Source: Camelus ferus
Lineage: Eukaryota
Assembly: GCF_009834535.1 (NCBI RefSeq)
Contig: NC_045705.1
Location: 8,556,001-8,620,000 of the forward strand
Direction: 5' to 3'
DNA: 64,000 nt
Shown: in pieces, positions 62,036 through 64,000 of the stretch
Position numbering within the stretch: the stretch's first letter is position 1
Layout: every line of letters begins with the position of its first letter
Notes under the pieces: generated by a model
The model's input: the letters and a program-made list of their open reading frames with translations, nothing else
The model's database searches: none
Told to the model about the DNA's origin: nothing
Position numbers and translations under genes: made by a program

Positions 62036-62108
62036 CAACTGGACCTCAGGGTCAACATGCTTCTGTACAGCGTGAACAAAGGCAGCTGCATTTTCTTGTA
62101 CTTTTATG
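62036..62108 (-). CDS. PIWIL4: PIWIL4 coding exon (probably exon 13 of 20), MID domain: IKVQENAAAFVHAVQKHVDPEVQL
   Basis: Not in the ORF track; found by manual translation. Acceptor tttctgtag, donor gtgagt, 73 nt (1+24 codons). Matches PIWIL4 [24 protein letters not shown] as recalled. Confidence 0.93.
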
Positions 62109-62439
62109 CTACAGAAACAGATTAATTTTGAAAATATATAATTCCCTTCCTAGTAACACATAATCATATGGAGCTAAAAATAATATGAATCGATTTTTAT
62201 AACGACTATAATTTGAGGGGAAAAAAATCATTAAAGTGAAAACCTCTGGAGTCTAAAATTGTTTCTCCCACAGAAGATAATGCCATTTAATTACCATTTT
62301 TATTAGCTTAAAAAATAGCTTGGTGAAAAGTGAAATTTTCTCAATTGTACAGTTCTATGTGAACAGCAATTCTGTCGTTCAAAACGGGGTTGAAAGCGAA
62401 CTTTGGAAACCACAAGTTTCAATATCAAATATCCATCAA

Positions 62440-62565
62440 GGGGGAGGGCATAGCTCAGTGGTAGAGCACATGCTTAGCATGCACCAGGTCCTGGGTTCAA
62501 TCCTCAGTACCTCGGTCAAAAAAATGCAAATAAATAAATAAACTAGTTACCTTCCCCCACCAAAA

Positions 62566-62614
<49 letters not shown>
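62440..62614 (+). mobile_element. Vic-1-type SINE with an A tail followed by (TA)20
   Basis: ggggagggcatagctcagtgg...ggttcaatcc; (TA)n at 62575-62614. Confidence 0.9.
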
Positions 62615-62619
<5 letters not shown>

Positions 62620-63108
62620 TATTTTTGTATTACTCTATGCATTTAGCTAAAAAGTTAGAAAATCTGGTTGAAGTAAATTTCTATGAAAATACAAATGATC
62701 AAAACCAACTCAAAAAAAGAGAAAACCTAAAAAAAAAAAAATCTGACATAGAGTTCAAGTTAAAGTGGGACTAACAATTCTCTAACACTGCATCTCCATG
62801 AAAAATTTAAAATAAAAATCATTAGGTTAATGAGACCGAGATATTCCGCTAATCTGTATGATTCAGATTACAAGATTTGTTTTTCCTTAGTAGCACCTTT
62901 TTGGAGCCTGGAATATTTAGCCTTAATCAATCAGTGGACAAGTACTTATCAATTTAGCAGTTCTGTGCTGACACTATGTTAGGGGCCAGAGGCTACAGAA
63001 AAAAATCCCACGCAGAGGAATTTATAGATCTTGTTTCTAGATGTAGGTTCGCCCTCCTACATGTATATATGGTTGGACTGTCCCAGTGCCCAGTGGCCTT
63101 TTAAACCT

Positions 63109-63127
63109 TGCCCAGCAGGTGGCAGGA
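63109..63127 (+). promoter_or_regulatory. Candidate CTCF site in a PIWIL4 intron
   Basis: tgcccagcaggtggcagga matches the core consensus CCASYAGRKGGCRS at all 14 positions. Confidence 0.45.
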
Positions 63128-64000
63128 CCACTGTCTGCCCCTTGCTGGATGTGAGCTGCAGGAATGACCAGCAGCACTGTTTCAGGTGGGAGAAGCTATG
63201 TATGCAGATCTAACAGGTAAATGGATACTTCATGGGAAAGAAAAAGGATGGAATGAAATATGAGCTTTCAAATAAAACAGGCCAAGAAGAGAACGTGGGC
63301 ACGGGCTTGTTGGAATTTGTGTGAGAGCCCATGATGCCAACCCAGGGTCTGGGTCTGTGGTTTCTTTCATTAATCTTTTCCTGCTTTATTACCTCATGGG
63401 TTAAAAGAAATTAGGGCAGGTGAAACTCACACCAGGCGATCATTGACAGATTTGATAAAAGGGGAATTCTAGCCTACAGTGTAAAATGAGACTTTGGGAA
63501 CAGCCCTGGTTTTCAACAATGCTTGCATGGCTGATGTAATTAATTAGCGCCCGTGTGTTTAAAGAGTAACTCCCCATCCTGTCAATCAGGACATCTGCAC
63601 CTCCACTACAATGAAGGAAAAGAACCATCTGTTGCTCTTTTCAAAGCATATAGAGCTCAGTGAAGTAAGGCATGACCAACTTCATGGTTTTTCTAAAGCA
63701 AAACAATAGTCAGTGTTGGGTGTGGCTGGGTATGAATGGGTCCCTTACTAAACTGAAAGCATCTTACTTATCTGCCTCATCCCCATGCAAATGGCACAGT
63801 GTCTACAGTAGTAGATACTCAATAAATGTTCAAAGGCTAAATGAACGAGCTTGGCTTTATCAAAAAACTATCGAAATGACAAATCTTATGCTACTGTGAC
63901 AGAATTAGAAAAGCTAATTTCGGATCTATTTTTACGTTAGGTTTTAAAACATAAAATCTATCAAATAAGTCAGGAAATGCAACTTTTACCTGTTAATATC

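Noticed and set aside
62109-64000. A further upstream PIWIL4 exon (..GFNVDYPKI)
   Set aside because: No matching translation found; it lies beyond the right edge.

Overview
Mammalian genomic DNA from a draft assembly with five N-gaps. It is almost certainly a camelid (alpaca, vicuna or camel), because about 12 copies of the camelid tRNA-Ala(AGC)-derived Vic-1-type SINE are present. The only protein-coding gene I can support is the 3' half of PIWIL4 (MIWI2/HIWI2 ortholog) on the minus strand. It has eight coding exons between 62108 and the stop at 50527 (991 coding nt, 329 C-terminal aa, MID and PIWI domains), all phase-consistent, plus a ~600-nt 3' UTR. Bases 1-49,900 are repeat-rich intergenic DNA (L1, L2, MIR, MLT1, ERV LTRs, MER elements). 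By human synteny, from memory, this stretch leads toward AMOTL1, but I recognise no AMOTL1 coding exon. Almost all other ORFs in the track are spurious or L1 remnants. The most interesting signals centre on PIWIL4: (i) an antisense tRNA-Ala-like SINE in its 3' UTR, which also donates AU-rich and CPE-like motifs; (ii) a head-to-head inverted SINE pair in the last intron; (iii) a GC-AG intron; (iv) a one-codon shortening of the MID nucleotide-specificity loop relative to human/mouse as I recall them; (v) a D-D-D-H catalytic set. Repeat family names and boundaries come from recall of consensus sequences and are approximate; exon and TSD coordinates were counted by hand.
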